DNA of 64,000 nucleotides from Fimbriimonas ginsengisoli Gsoil 348. GTDB taxonomy: Bacteria; Armatimonadota; Fimbriimonadia; Fimbriimonadales; Fimbriimonadaceae. Location: NCBI GenBank assembly GCA_945881865.1, contig CAMCVK010000012.1, positions 1,498 through 65,497 of the forward strand. Direction: 5' to 3'. How positions within the stretch are numbered: position 1 is the first letter of the stretch; the number at the start of each line of letters is the position of its first letter. Positions 49,205 to 59,266 of this stretch are shown here, piece after piece. A program made the position numbers and the translations under genes. The notes under the pieces are model-generated. The model was not told the origin of the DNA and did no database searches. It saw nothing but the letters and a program-made list of their open reading frames with translations.

Positions 49205-50452
49205 ATGAAAATCCTTGTCGTAGGGGCGGGCGGCCGAGAACATGCCCTGGTTTGGAAGCTCGCCCAGTCCGCCGAGGTCATATGTGCGCCCGGAAATGCC
49301 GGAATCGCGCAGGAAGTGCCGTGCTTCGCGGTGAATCCGATGGAATCAGATCGGGTTGTTGCCCTAGCAAAGACCGAAAACGTGGACCTCGTGGTGGTCG
49401 GGCCGGAGGATCCTCTTGTGAACGGGCTTGCGGATGCGCTCCGCGCGGCAGGAATTGCGACCTTCGGGCCGGGACGGGACGGCGCGCAAATCGAGGCGAG
49501 CAAGGCATTTTCAAAGGAACTGATGGCGGCCGCCTCGGTTCCGACCCCAGAGTTTCGGGTGTTCACGGAAGCCGAACCGGCAAAAGCCTACGCGCGCCAG
49601 CGGTTTGCGGATGGCTTTCCTGTCGTCGTAAAGGCTTCCGGCAACGCGCTCGGGAAAGGCGTCGTCGTCTGCGACACCGAGTTTGAAGCGGAAGACGCCA
49701 TTCGTCGCATGCTCGTCGACCGCGTCTTCGGTGATGCCGGTCGTGAAATCATAATCGAGGACCGCCTGAACGGTTTCGAGTTCAGCATCCTCAGCATCGT
49801 AGGGGATCACAATTTCGTCAGCCTGCCAATCGCGCGGGACCATAAGCGAATCGGCGACGGTAACGTTGGCCCAAACACCGGAGGAATGGGCGCGTTTTCG
49901 CCGGTGGCTTCCGTCCCGGCTGAGATGGTCAAAGACGCCGAGGACCGTCTCGTCGCCCCGATTCTGGCCGCCCTCCGTGAGCGCGGCATTCCCTTCCGCG
50001 GAACGCTTTTCAGCGGCATCATGACCCACAACGGGCAGCCGTTTTGCTTGGAATACAACGCGAGGTTTGGTGATCCGGAGACTCAGCCGTTGATGATGCG
50101 GCTCGGCGCAGGCTTCCCGGAGGCTTTGTACGCCGCCGCGACGGGCGAAGTCGTGCCCGAGATTGAAGTCCTCGACCGTGCCGCCGTTGGCGTGGTGGTA
50201 GCAAGCGCCGGCTATCCTGGGGAGGTCGTGAAGGGCATTCCTATGGAGATCGCTCCAGCGCCCGAGGGGTCAAAAGTCTTTCACGCCGGAACAAAGATGC
50301 AGTTGGGCCGTCTCACCACCAACGGCGGACGCGTGGTCTGCGCGGTGGGAACCGGACAAAGTGTGGAAGAAGCTAGGGCGTGCGCTTACCGGGCCGCGGA
50401 CACGGTGAATTTCGTTGGCGCCTACCGGCGCAGCGACATCGCCGCAGAATAG
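49205..50452 (+). CDS. purD: Phosphoribosylamine-glycine ligase
   Basis: KILVVGAGGREHAL, VVGPEDPL, KASGNALGKGV, GPNTGGMGA, EYNARFGDPETQ, TNGGRV. Confidence 0.96.
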   Translation: MKILVVGAGGREHALVWKLAQSAEVICAPGNAGIAQEVPCFAVNPMESDRVVALAKTENVDLVVVGPEDPLVNGLADALRAAGIATFGPGRDGAQIEASKAFSKELMAAASVPTPEFRVFTEAEPAKAYARQRFADGFPVVVKASGNALGKGVVVCDTEFEAEDAIRRMLVDRVFGDAGREIIIEDRLNGFEFSILSIVGDHNFVSLPIARDHKRIGDGNVGPNTGGMGAFSPVASVPAEMVKDAEDRLVAPILAALRERGIPFRGTLFSGIMTHNGQPFCLEYNARFGDPETQPLMMRLGAGFPEALYAAATGEVVPEIEVLDRAAVGVVVASAGYPGEVVKGIPMEIAPAPEGSKVFHAGTKMQLGRLTTNGGRVVCAVGTGQSVEEARACAYRAADTVNFVGAYRRSDIAAE

Positions 50453-50462
50453 AACGCAAAAA

Positions 50463-50490
50463 AAGGGGGCGAGAAAAATCTCGGCCCCCA
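50463..50490. terminator. GC hairpin preceded by A-run between purD and purB
   Basis: GGGGGCGAGA-AAAA-TCTCGGCCCCC, with an A-tract 5' (U-tract on the minus strand). Confidence 0.4.
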
Positions 50491-50602
50491 CTCTCCGTTC
50501 TGCGATCCGTCCTGCTCAAGTCGGCAAGAACGATCCCTTTGACGGTGCCAACGCGGGATTGTTCCGGGTTACGCGACAAATGTTGGCTGGTACCCTCAAG
50601 GC

Positions 50603-51898
50603 ATGATTGATCGGTATACGACTCCGGCGATGAACGCGATTTGGTCCCGTGAGGCGAAGTACCAGGTGTGGGAAGACGTCGAGCTTGCGATTGTAGAGGC
50701 GCACGCAGAGCTAGGAACGGTTCCAAGCTCCGCCGTGGATGTGATCCGCGAGAAGGCGACGTTTGACCTTGAGCGCTGCGACGAAATCGAATTAGAAACC
50801 CGCCACGACCTCATGGCCTTTGTGCGGAATCTCAGCGAAAACGTTGGGGAAGAGGGCCGCTACATCCACATGGGCGTCACCAGCTACGACGTCATCGACA
50901 CCGCGCTGGGCATCATGCTCCGAAACTCGGCCGACGTGCTGCTTGCTTCTGCGCATCGCCTCGCTACGGAAATTCGCCGACTTGCAGAGACCCACATCGA
51001 CACCCCCTGCATTGGCCGCACCCATGGCATCCACGCCGAGCCGGTCACATTCGGGTTTAAATGCGCGAACTGGTACGCCGAGCTGAGCCGTAACATCGAG
51101 CGGCTTCAAATCGCCCGGGCTGACGTTGCGATGGGTAAAGTCTCGGGTGCCGTCGGAATTCACGCGATCACTTCACCGGAGATGGAGTCGATTGTCTGCC
51201 GAAAGCTTGGCCTTTCGCCCGAGCCCGCCTCAACGCAGATCATCAACCGAGACCGGCACGCCGGGTTCCTCAATACGTTGGCCTTGATGGGCGCCGGACT
51301 CGAGCGCATCGCAACCGAACTGCGAAACCTCCAGCGCACCGAGATTTTGGAGGTTCAGGAGGCGTTTGCCAAGGGCCAAACCGGCAGCAGCGCCATGCCC
51401 CACAAGCGGAACCCTTGGAATAGCGAGACGGTTTGCGGACTCGCCCGTCTACTGCGAGCCAACTCCCACGCGATGTTAGAGAGCGTCGCCACATGGCACG
51501 AGCGCGACCTGACGAACTCGTCGCTGGAGCGAATCATCTTCCCGGATTCGTGCCAACTCGCCGACTTCATGCTGAACCGCCTCACCGCGATCCTGGCTGG
51601 GCTCAACGTTTTCCCCGAGCGCATGATGCAAAACATGCGGATGATGGGCGACCTCGTGTTCAGCGAGCACGTCATGATTGCCCTCGTTCAGTCCGGCATG
51701 AGCCGGGAAGAGGCCTACAAAGTGGCCCAATCGAACGCATCGAAGGCGTGGGAAGGCCACGACTTCAAGACCTCCGTCGCCAACGACGAACGGGTCACGA
51801 GCCGCCTGACGTCGGCCGAAGTCGAAGAGCTGTTCAGCCTGGAACACCACCTGCGGCACGCCCGGCACACCCTTTCGGCCGTCGGCATCGGGTCGTGA
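50603..51898 (+). CDS. purB: Adenylosuccinate lyase
   Basis: MIDRY, H.G.TSYDV, GRTHGIHAEP, GSSAMPHKRNP, WHERDL. Confidence 0.96.
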   Translation: MIDRYTTPAMNAIWSREAKYQVWEDVELAIVEAHAELGTVPSSAVDVIREKATFDLERCDEIELETRHDLMAFVRNLSENVGEEGRYIHMGVTSYDVIDTALGIMLRNSADVLLASAHRLATEIRRLAETHIDTPCIGRTHGIHAEPVTFGFKCANWYAELSRNIERLQIARADVAMGKVSGAVGIHAITSPEMESIVCRKLGLSPEPASTQIINRDRHAGFLNTLALMGAGLERIATELRNLQRTEILEVQEAFAKGQTGSSAMPHKRNPWNSETVCGLARLLRANSHAMLESVATWHERDLTNSSLERIIFPDSCQLADFMLNRLTAILAGLNVFPERMMQNMRMMGDLVFSEHVMIALVQSGMSREEAYKVAQSNASKAWEGHDFKTSVANDERVTSRLTSAEVEELFSLEHHLRHARHTLSAVGIGS

Positions 51899-51902
51899 CC
51901 CG

Positions 51903-52526
51903 GTGTGCGCTCGCTACCACGTCATCTCGCCGATTCACGAGCTGACCGACCTGCTCGACGCCCCGTTCACGCTGCCAACGGGGTGGCTGGCGGGTGACAT
52001 TCTGCCGTCAAACCTGGCTCCGGTTGGATTGCAGGGCGGCTGGACGACGATGAAGTGGGGGTTCGTTCCGCCGTGGGTCGAAGATCCGGTGAAAGCGAAG
52101 ATCTTCATCAACGCGCGCAGCGAGACGGTCGCCGAATTGCCCAGCTTCCGGCAGGCTTTCCGCGCAACCCGCTGCATCGTTCCGGCCGATCTCTTCTACG
52201 AATGGAAGGAGGTACCGGTCGGAACGCCGTCGCTGTTCGGTGGGCCGGCGGACCGATATGAGAAGCAGCTGATGTCCTTTCGCATGACTTCCGGACGGCC
52301 GTTTGCGATGGCGGGAATCTACACGCAATCGAAGGGCGGGGATCGGTTCGCCGTCCTCACATGCGACCCAAACGCGCTACTTGGCACGATTCACGACCGA
52401 ATGCCGTGCATTCTAAATCCCGATCAATTGCACGCATGGTTAGACCCGCAAACGCCGCGCGGGGAACTGGAACGCCTCCTTACACCGTATCCCGCATCCG
52501 AGATGGTTGGCGCCGACGTTGGGTAG
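51903..52526 (+). CDS. SOS response-associated peptidase (SRAP/HMCES/YedK)
   Basis: N-terminal M-C-A-R-Y, MKWG, INARSET, FYEW, IHDRMP. Confidence 0.92.
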   Translation: MCARYHVISPIHELTDLLDAPFTLPTGWLAGDILPSNLAPVGLQGGWTTMKWGFVPPWVEDPVKAKIFINARSETVAELPSFRQAFRATRCIVPADLFYEWKEVPVGTPSLFGGPADRYEKQLMSFRMTSGRPFAMAGIYTQSKGGDRFAVLTCDPNALLGTIHDRMPCILNPDQLHAWLDPQTPRGELERLLTPYPASEMVGADVG

Positions 52527-52589
52527 CTGCCGATGAAACTCGGTCCGAAATTGGGAACGTTTTTGGACCGGCTCGAATAAACTAATCCG

Positions 52590-53246
52590 ATGCCCGACCG
52601 AAAGATCCGCGTGATGATTGCCGAAGACGACACGGCCCTGCGAAGGTCGCTTGTTGAGCTTCTGAACCTTGAGGAGGATCTCGTCGTGGTTTCAAACGTG
52701 GGGAACGGTGCGCAGGCACTAGCCGAAGCCGGAGTGCTGAAGCCGGATGTGATCCTCACCGACATCGACATGCCACAGGTCACGGGCATCGAGCTCACCC
52801 GCGAGATTCGAAAAATGCTGCCGGATCTTGCCGTGGTTGTGCTAACCAAGTTCGGCGATGACGATAACGTGTTTTCCGCAATCAAAGCGGGCGCCATCGG
52901 CTATGTCCTGAAGGACTCCGGATTCAACGAGATCGCCGGCGCGGTTCGCATGGCGGTGAACGGGGAAGGGTTCCTCAGCCCGGCCATCGTGGGCAAGGTG
53001 CTGTTTGAGTTCAAACGGCTCTCAAAGTCGGCCTTGCACAACCGCCAGGCTTTTGCCGAACTTTCGCGGCGTGAAGTTGAAGTGCTGGAGTGCATCGCCG
53101 CCGGAATGAAGAACGCCGCCATCGCGGACAAGCTGTTCCTCAGTGAGAAAACCGTAAAAAGCCACGTTGGTTCGATCCTTAAGAAGCTCCACGTCAACGA
53201 CCGAGCGGAAGCGGCGGCGCTTGCCCAGCAAAGCGGCGTCATCTAA
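52590..53246 (+). CDS. NarL/LuxR family response regulator (orphan)
   Basis: VMIAEDD, TDIDMP, GYVLK, LSRREVEVL...TVKSHV..ILKKL. Confidence 0.95.
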   Translation: MPDRKIRVMIAEDDTALRRSLVELLNLEEDLVVVSNVGNGAQALAEAGVLKPDVILTDIDMPQVTGIELTREIRKMLPDLAVVVLTKFGDDDNVFSAIKAGAIGYVLKDSGFNEIAGAVRMAVNGEGFLSPAIVGKVLFEFKRLSKSALHNRQAFAELSRREVEVLECIAAGMKNAAIADKLFLSEKTVKSHVGSILKKLHVNDRAEAAALAQQSGVI

Positions 53247-54023
53247 TTGGTGGAGTACCAAGCCTGGCAACTCGGGCTGGTAGGCCTTGCCGCTTTCATC
53301 ATCGGATTCTCGAAGACGGGAATTCCCGGCACGGGGATCCTCATGGTGCCGATGATGGCGGCCGTTTTTGGCGGGCGACTCTCGATCGGCGCGACGCTTC
53401 CGCTTCTGATCGCCGCCGACTGCTTCGCGGTTGCCTTCTATCGCCACCACGCCGACTGGCAACATCTGAAGAAACTGGCGCCCTGGGTCATTCTCGGCAT
53501 TATCGTCGGGGCAATCACGCTGTTTCTACTGGGCCGATTGCACCTGAAGTTTGACCCGCTTACGCCAATCATCGGCGGGATCGTGCTGGTCATGCTTGTG
53601 CTTAGCCTGTTGCGCGGAAAGCTCGGCGACCGCCTCGTGCCGACCTCGCGCGAGGGCGTCGTCGCCACCGGCGCGCTCGCTGGATTCACGACGATGGTCT
53701 CGAACGCGGCCGGGCCGATCATGCAGATCTACCTGGTGGCGACCGGCATGGCGAAAAAGGAGCTGATGGGTACCACGGCTTGGTACTTCTTCATTTTTAA
53801 CCTCACCAAGGTTCCATTCTTGATTGCGATCGATCTCGACAACCCAAGCGAGCCGCTTTTTACCGCAAGCACCCTTTGGCTGGACCTCGCCGTTTTGCCT
53901 ATCTTGGTGGTCGGTGCTTTGACGGGGAAGGCGTTGCTGCCGTTCATTCCGCAAAAAGCGTTCAATGCAATTGTCCTCACTTTGGCCGCCGCCGGAGCGA
54001 TACGTCTGCTGTTTCCGGCGTAA
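53247..54023 (+). CDS. Sulfite exporter TauE/SafE family membrane protein
   Basis: GFSKTGIPG, GFTTMVSNAAGP, and multiple TM helices. Confidence 0.88.
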   Translation: MVEYQAWQLGLVGLAAFIIGFSKTGIPGTGILMVPMMAAVFGGRLSIGATLPLLIAADCFAVAFYRHHADWQHLKKLAPWVILGIIVGAITLFLLGRLHLKFDPLTPIIGGIVLVMLVLSLLRGKLGDRLVPTSREGVVATGALAGFTTMVSNAAGPIMQIYLVATGMAKKELMGTTAWYFFIFNLTKVPFLIAIDLDNPSEPLFTASTLWLDLAVLPILVVGALTGKALLPFIPQKAFNAIVLTLAAAGAIRLLFPA

Positions 54024-54107
54024 TTTATGCCGCTCGAACCGGGCCGATAACTTGCCCGGCGGGTATACCGTAGGAGAAGGAGCGTATCCCGCCTCCAGGA
54101 GAAACCG

Positions 54108-55124
54108 TTGTCGAACTTAACCGAAGAATTTCCTTCCATCAGCTCAAATGACCTGAAACAGTATCTCCGGGAGATGCTCTTCATTCGCCGCTTCGAAGAG
54201 CAGTGCAACATCGCTTACCGCGCCGGACTTGCGGGCGGCTACATGCACACGTACATCGGCATGGAAGCCCTGGCCAGCGGCTGGATCAACTCGATCCGTA
54301 AAGGCTACGATTACGTGATCACCGCTTACCGCGACCACGCCCACGCGCTTCTGCTGGGAACCGACGCCGTTGCCGTCATGGCCGAGATCATCGGTCGAAA
54401 GGGCGGAACTGCCGGCGGAAAGGGTGGCTCGATGCACATTTACGACCCGGAGAACGGCTTCTACGGTGGCTGGGGAATCGTGGGCGGCCACGTTCCGCTT
54501 GGCGCGGGACTTGCCTACGCAGCCCGATACCGCAACGAGGATCGCGTTGTGCTCAACTTCATGGGCGACGGCGCGGCCAACCAGGGCGTGGTTTACGAAA
54601 CCCTGAACATGGCGTCGCTCTACGACCTGCCGTGCATCTTCATCGTGGAGAACAACGAGTTCGCGATGGGAACCCGACTTGAGTACCACGCCGCCGACCC
54701 CGAACTTTGGAAGCGCGGCCAGCCGTACAACATGAAGTGCGAGCGAGTGGACGGCATGGACGTCATCCAGATGCGAAAAGATGCCCAGCGCATCATCGAC
54801 TGGGTTCGCGAGAACCAGAAGCCGTACTGGGTCGAAGTCATGACCTACCGCTACGCCGGCCACGGCGCCGCCGACAACGACCGCCAGCTCTACCGAACCA
54901 AGGAAGAAGAGGAAGTTGCCTGGGCGCGAGACCCGATCGCTCGACTTCGCAAGTACCTCATCGAGAACAACATCATGTCCGAGGAGGCCATCGAAGCCGT
55001 TGAGGCCGAGACCGAAGCCGAGGCGCTTGCCGTGCTTGAAAAGGCCAAGGAAAGTCCATTCCCCGATACGGACGAGGTTTACGACAACATTTACACCGAC
55101 ATGACGCCGGAGAAAGGACACTAA
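54108..55124 (+). CDS. pdhA: Pyruvate dehydrogenase E1 alpha
   Basis: RRFEE, YRDH, GKGGSMH, MGDGAANQG, ENNEFAMGT, TYRY.GH, DPI. Confidence 0.93.
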   Translation: MSNLTEEFPSISSNDLKQYLREMLFIRRFEEQCNIAYRAGLAGGYMHTYIGMEALASGWINSIRKGYDYVITAYRDHAHALLLGTDAVAVMAEIIGRKGGTAGGKGGSMHIYDPENGFYGGWGIVGGHVPLGAGLAYAARYRNEDRVVLNFMGDGAANQGVVYETLNMASLYDLPCIFIVENNEFAMGTRLEYHAADPELWKRGQPYNMKCERVDGMDVIQMRKDAQRIIDWVRENQKPYWVEVMTYRYAGHGAADNDRQLYRTKEEEEVAWARDPIARLRKYLIENNIMSEEAIEAVEAETEAEALAVLEKAKESPFPDTDEVYDNIYTDMTPEKGH

Positions 55125-55125
55125 G

Positions 55126-56130
55126 ATGCCGAACATGATTGAGCTGAGCTATCGCGAAGCCCTGCAAAAGGGAATCGTCGAAGAAATGGAGCGCGACCAA
55201 AACGTCTTCCTCATGGGAGAGGACATTGGCCGCTACCAGGGCACCTTTAAGGTCACCCGCGGCCTGGTCGAGAAGTTTGGCCAGCGCGACAACCGCTACA
55301 ACCTCCGGATTCTGGACACGCCGATCACCGAAGCTGGCTTTGCCGGAATCGCGACCGGTGCCGCAATGGCGGGTCTGCGACCAATCGTCGAGTTCATGAC
55401 CATGAGCTTCTCGATCCTCGCGCTCGACCAGATCATCAACCACACCGCGAAGATTCACTACATGACGAACGGCGTCGTGAAGTGCCCGATCGTCTTCCGT
55501 GGTCCCGGTGGCGCAGCCAAGCAGCTGTCGGCGCAGCACTCCCACAGCATGGAGGGCTGGTACGCCCACGTTCCCGGTCTTAAGGTGCTCGCACCTTCGA
55601 CTCCGGCCGACGTCTACGGCATGATGAAATCGGCCGTCCGAGACGACAACCCGGTCATCCTTTACGAAAACCCGGGCCTCTACGCCATCAAGGGGATGGT
55701 TCCGGAGGACGATGCGGCCTTCACTGTGCCAATCGGCAAGGCGGCCATTCTCCGCGAAGGTAAGGACATCTCGCTCGTCGGTTACTCGCGAATGACGCAG
55801 ATCAACCTCGAAGTGGCCGAGCTGCTGGCGAAGGACGGAATCGACGCCGAAGTCGTCGACGTCCGCTCGCTCCTCCCGCTGGACACCGAGACGATCTACG
55901 CTTCGGTTAAGAAGACGCACCGCGCGGTTGTGGTCTACGAAGACTGGCGAAGCGGCGGCTTTGGCGCCGAGATCGCGGCCCGAATCGGGGAAGATTGCTT
56001 CGACGATCTGGACGCCCCGGTGCTTCGCGTGGGCGGCCTTAACGTTCCCATGCCGTACGCGCGCAACCTCGAGCTTCAGTGCATCCCGGACGCGGACGAC
56101 GTACTCGCGGCCGTCCGCAAAGCGTTCTGA
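55126..56130 (+). CDS. pdhB: Pyruvate dehydrogenase E1 beta
   Basis: MGEDIG, DTPITEAGF, EFMTMSFS..A.DQI.N, SAQHS, PMPYA..LE. Confidence 0.93.
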   Translation: MPNMIELSYREALQKGIVEEMERDQNVFLMGEDIGRYQGTFKVTRGLVEKFGQRDNRYNLRILDTPITEAGFAGIATGAAMAGLRPIVEFMTMSFSILALDQIINHTAKIHYMTNGVVKCPIVFRGPGGAAKQLSAQHSHSMEGWYAHVPGLKVLAPSTPADVYGMMKSAVRDDNPVILYENPGLYAIKGMVPEDDAAFTVPIGKAAILREGKDISLVGYSRMTQINLEVAELLAKDGIDAEVVDVRSLLPLDTETIYASVKKTHRAVVVYEDWRSGGFGAEIAARIGEDCFDDLDAPVLRVGGLNVPMPYARNLELQCIPDADDVLAAVRKAF

Positions 56131-56143
56131 GCTGAAACTGAAA

Positions 56144-56169
56144 GAGGGTTCTCGGTAACGAGAACCCTC
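56144..56169. terminator. Perfect 11-bp hairpin after pdhB
   Basis: GAGGGTTCTCG-GTAA-CGAGAACCCTC. Confidence 0.6.
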
Positions 56170-56229
56170 GTAGTTCTACCAGTTTAGGCCAAAAACGATT
56201 TGTTTTTTGCATTCTTCCGGTTTTCGCCC

Positions 56230-56258
56230 TTGACAATATCCTCAGAAAGCCTTAGGCT
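56230..56258 (+). promoter_or_regulatory. Sigma70 promoter, lipoprotein copy 1
   Basis: TTGACA-17nt-TAGGCT, with T-rich upstream element. Confidence 0.7.
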
Positions 56259-56283
56259 GATATCTTGTCTGAATAGGAAGCAT

Positions 56284-57102
56284 ATGCAATTCAAGCCAAC
56301 TCACTTTATTCTTGGAGCCTGCGTCGTCACGGCTCTTGCCTGCGGCGGCGGTGGCGGCACCTCCAACCAATCTGGTATCGAGACTGACCCTAAGCAGCGA
56401 TCGTATACCCCGATCAACTTGACTTACGACAACACGACGGTCGACATCAAGATCAACGGTGCGGACATTCTCAACTCGGCAAGCGCGCCGATCGGGAAGA
56501 GCCTCGTTGCTTGGCCCGCGACGACCGCTCTCGTTCCGAGCTTCCGAACCACCTCGCCACAGACGCCAGCCGGACAGGTGCCTTACGAAATCAAGAAGAC
56601 TGGCGGCGCGGTCCTCACGCTCCCAACCCTAGCTGCCAAGCAAACGGCGTCAGATCGGCACCTGTTCGTCATCAGCGGCACCGAGTCGGCAATTCGCGGC
56701 TTCTACATTCCGTTCTTGGTTCCTAACGATACAAACCCGGTCGCGGTCGTCAGTGTCACTCACTTAGCGGCGCCCACCTTCGCTGGTTCGGCTGCGGTTC
56801 CGGCTGCCGTCGACGTCCACCTCACGGCACCCGGTGCGGCTCCCACCCTTACCACCAAGGCCATCATCGGAATCTTGTATCAGACCTTTCCGGACGTCTT
56901 CAGCCCATTCGGCTATAAGTTCGTCGCGGCCGCGGGTGCGGGTGCGAAGGACGTCGTCATCACGGCTAAGGACTCCTTGACCGTGGTTGCTCGAAGGAGC
57001 ATCACGATCACGAAGAACTTCAACCACTTCATCATCCTCAGCCGAAACGCGGGTGTCCCGACGGTTTACAGCTACGACTACAAGTACTGGAACCTTCCGT
57101 AA
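56284..57102 (+). CDS. DUF4397-like lipoprotein, tandem copy 1
   Basis: Lipobox ALA-C, two repeats of a strand-H/N-L-x-P...VD(I/V) motif, C-terminus YSYDYKYWNLP. Confidence 0.8.
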   Translation: MQFKPTHFILGACVVTALACGGGGGTSNQSGIETDPKQRSYTPINLTYDNTTVDIKINGADILNSASAPIGKSLVAWPATTALVPSFRTTSPQTPAGQVPYEIKKTGGAVLTLPTLAAKQTASDRHLFVISGTESAIRGFYIPFLVPNDTNPVAVVSVTHLAAPTFAGSAAVPAAVDVHLTAPGAAPTLTTKAIIGILYQTFPDVFSPFGYKFVAAAGAGAKDVVITAKDSLTVVARRSITITKNFNHFIILSRNAGVPTVYSYDYKYWNLP

Positions 57103-57118
57103 GGAACGTCTCGTCCTT

Positions 57119-57149
57119 GCCCCCGCCGGTCTCGGCGGGGGCTTTTTTT
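57119..57149 (+). terminator. Rho-independent terminator
   Basis: GCCCCCGCCG-GTCT-CGGCGGGGGC-T7. Confidence 0.92.
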
Positions 57150-57243
57150 GTTCCAATTCGGCTCGCATCGGCAGAAGGCGAAGTGTTGTGAGCGTATAAA
57201 GGCAAACCGTTTTGTTTTTTTAGGGTTAGGTGATCTTTCCCCC

Positions 57244-57272
57244 TTGACTTTTTCTTCAGAACTCCTTAACAT
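57244..57272 (+). promoter_or_regulatory. Sigma70 promoter, lipoprotein copy 2
   Basis: TTGACT-17nt-TAACAT. Confidence 0.7.
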
Positions 57273-57297
57273 AGGCAGTTGTCCGAATAGGAAGCAT

Positions 57298-58089
57298 GTG
57301 CAATTCAAACCAACCCACATTTTCCTTGGAGCCATCATCGTTACGGCTCTTGCCTGCGGTGGTAAGGTCGGCAGCCTTGACAACAAGCCGAAGCAGCGTT
57401 CCTACACCCCGATTAACTTGAGCTACGACAATACATCTGTCGATATCAAGATCAATGGTGCTGACATCCTTAACTCGGCAAGCGCACCGGTCGGGAAGAA
57501 CCTCGCGGCTTGGCCGACGACAACTTCGCTTGTTCCTAGCTTCCGCAACACCTCGCCCGCAACGCCCGCAGGTCAGGTCGGTTACGAAATCAAGATGACC
57601 GGCGGATCGGTTCTTACGCGACCGAGTGCTACCGCTGAGCACACCCAAGCAGACCGGCAGCTGTTCATCATCAGTGGCACCGAGAGCGCGATTCGCGGCT
57701 CCTACATTCCGTTCCTGGTTCCGGATGAGTCGAACCCGATAGCCGTTCTGAGCGTCGTGCACTTAGCTTCTCCCGCCTTCGCTGCCTTTCCTGGCGTGCC
57801 TGCGAGTGTAGACATCTTCTTAACTGCTCCAGGTGCCCCGCCGACCGCTGCGACGAAAATCATGTCTCCCATTCGGTACACGACGGAAGACACAGGAGGT
57901 TACAAGTTCTTGGCAGCTACAGATGCGGGCGAGAAGGATGTTGTGATCACGGCAACGGATTCGTTGACCGTATTTTCCCGAAAGAGCATCACGATCACGA
58001 AGAACTTCAACCACTTCATCATCCTCAGCCGAAACGCTGGCGCACCGGCCGTTTACAGCTACGACTACAAGTACTGGAACCTTCCGTAG
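57298..58089 (+). CDS. DUF4397-like lipoprotein, tandem copy 2 (GTG start)
   Basis: Paralog of copy 1 with the same signal peptide frame and C-terminus. Confidence 0.8.
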   Translation: MQFKPTHIFLGAIIVTALACGGKVGSLDNKPKQRSYTPINLSYDNTSVDIKINGADILNSASAPVGKNLAAWPTTTSLVPSFRNTSPATPAGQVGYEIKMTGGSVLTRPSATAEHTQADRQLFIISGTESAIRGSYIPFLVPDESNPIAVLSVVHLASPAFAAFPGVPASVDIFLTAPGAPPTAATKIMSPIRYTTEDTGGYKFLAATDAGEKDVVITATDSLTVFSRKSITITKNFNHFIILSRNAGAPAVYSYDYKYWNLP

Positions 58090-58104
58090 GGAACGTTTAG
58101 TCTT

Positions 58105-58135
58105 GCCCCCGCCGGTTTCGGCGGGGGCTTTTTTT
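58105..58135 (+). terminator. Rho-independent terminator
   Basis: GCCCCCGCCG-GTTT-CGGCGGGGGC-T7. Confidence 0.92.
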
Positions 58136-58229
58136 ATCCCGTTTCGGCTGGCATCGGCAGAAGACGAAGTGTTGTGAGCGTATAAAGACAAACCGTTTTG
58201 TTTTTTTAGGGGTAGGTGATTTTTCCCCC

Positions 58230-58258
58230 TTGACTTTTCCTTAATAAATCCTCATGAT
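58230..58258 (+). promoter_or_regulatory. Sigma70 promoter, lipoprotein copy 3
   Basis: TTGACT-17nt-CATGAT. Confidence 0.68.
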
Positions 58259-58283
58259 AGGTCCTTGTCTGGAGAGGAAGCAT

Positions 58284-59075
58284 ATGCAATTCAAACCAAC
58301 TCACTTTTTTCTTGGAGCCTGCGTCGTCACCGCTCTTGCCTGCGGTGGCGGTAGCAGTTCGCCCGATCTCAGCGCCAAGAAGCGCTCGTACACCCCGATC
58401 AACTTGACGTACGACAACACGACCGTCGACATCAAGATCAACGGCGAGGACATTCTCAACTCGGCAAGCGCGCCGCTCGGCAAGGGCCTCGTCGCATGGC
58501 CGGCAACGAGTGCACTCGTTCCGAGCTTCCGAACCACCTCGCCCGCAACTCCGGCCGGCCAGGTCGGTTACGAAGTCAAGCGGACCGGCGGAGCGGTCCT
58601 CTCACTCCCGACGGCCAAGGCACTGCATACGCAGGCAGATCGCCAACTGTTCGTCGTCACCGGAACCCGGAGCGCGATTCGCGGCTTCTACATTCCGTTC
58701 CTCGTCCCGGATGATTCGAATCCGATCGCCGTTCTCAGCGTAACCAGCCTGGCATACCCAACAAACCCGGATGGGGTTCCTCTTGACGTCCACCTGACCG
58801 CCCGCGGTGCAGCTCCAACGGCCGCCACGAGGGTGATAACTGGGATCGCGGATTCGACGTCGCCGACGTCAACTAGCCCCTTCGGCTACAAATTCCTCGC
58901 GGCCGCTGATGCGGGTGCGAAGGACGTCGTCATCACGACAAAGGACGGCACGTTCGTAGTTTTTCGAAAGAGCATGACCATCACGAAAAACTTCAACCAC
59001 TTCATCATCCTCAGCCGAGAAAATGGTATCCCGGCGCTCTACAGCTACGACTACAAGTACTGGAACCTTCCGTAA
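58284..59075 (+). CDS. DUF4397-like lipoprotein, tandem copy 3
   Basis: Paralog, as above. Confidence 0.8.
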   Translation: MQFKPTHFFLGACVVTALACGGGSSSPDLSAKKRSYTPINLTYDNTTVDIKINGEDILNSASAPLGKGLVAWPATSALVPSFRTTSPATPAGQVGYEVKRTGGAVLSLPTAKALHTQADRQLFVVTGTRSAIRGFYIPFLVPDDSNPIAVLSVTSLAYPTNPDGVPLDVHLTARGAAPTAATRVITGIADSTSPTSTSPFGYKFLAAADAGAKDVVITTKDGTFVVFRKSMTITKNFNHFIILSRENGIPALYSYDYKYWNLP

Positions 59076-59090
59076 GGGGCGTCTAGTCTT

Positions 59091-59121
59091 GCCCCCGCCG
59101 TTTACCGGCGGGGGCTTTTTT
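59091..59121 (+). terminator. Rho-independent terminator
   Basis: GCCCCCGCCG-TTTAC-CGGCGGGGGC-T6. Confidence 0.92.
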
Positions 59122-59212
59122 GTTTGTTCCGCGCCTACCGTTTGCGCGCCCCGTAGTCCTACTGGTTTTCAAGAAACCGGCTTGGCGGCTCACCTGCATG
59201 TGATATTTCCTC

Positions 59213-59241
59213 TTGACTTTCGGCGAGTCAATCCTTATGAT
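59213..59241 (+). promoter_or_regulatory. Sigma70 promoter, lipoprotein copy 4
   Basis: TTGACT-17nt-TATGAT. Confidence 0.72.
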
Positions 59242-59266
59242 ATGTCCTTGTCTGGAGAGGAAGCTT

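Noticed and set aside
50453-50602. Purine or ZTP riboswitch upstream of purB
   Set aside because: No recognisable consensus elements of either aptamer.
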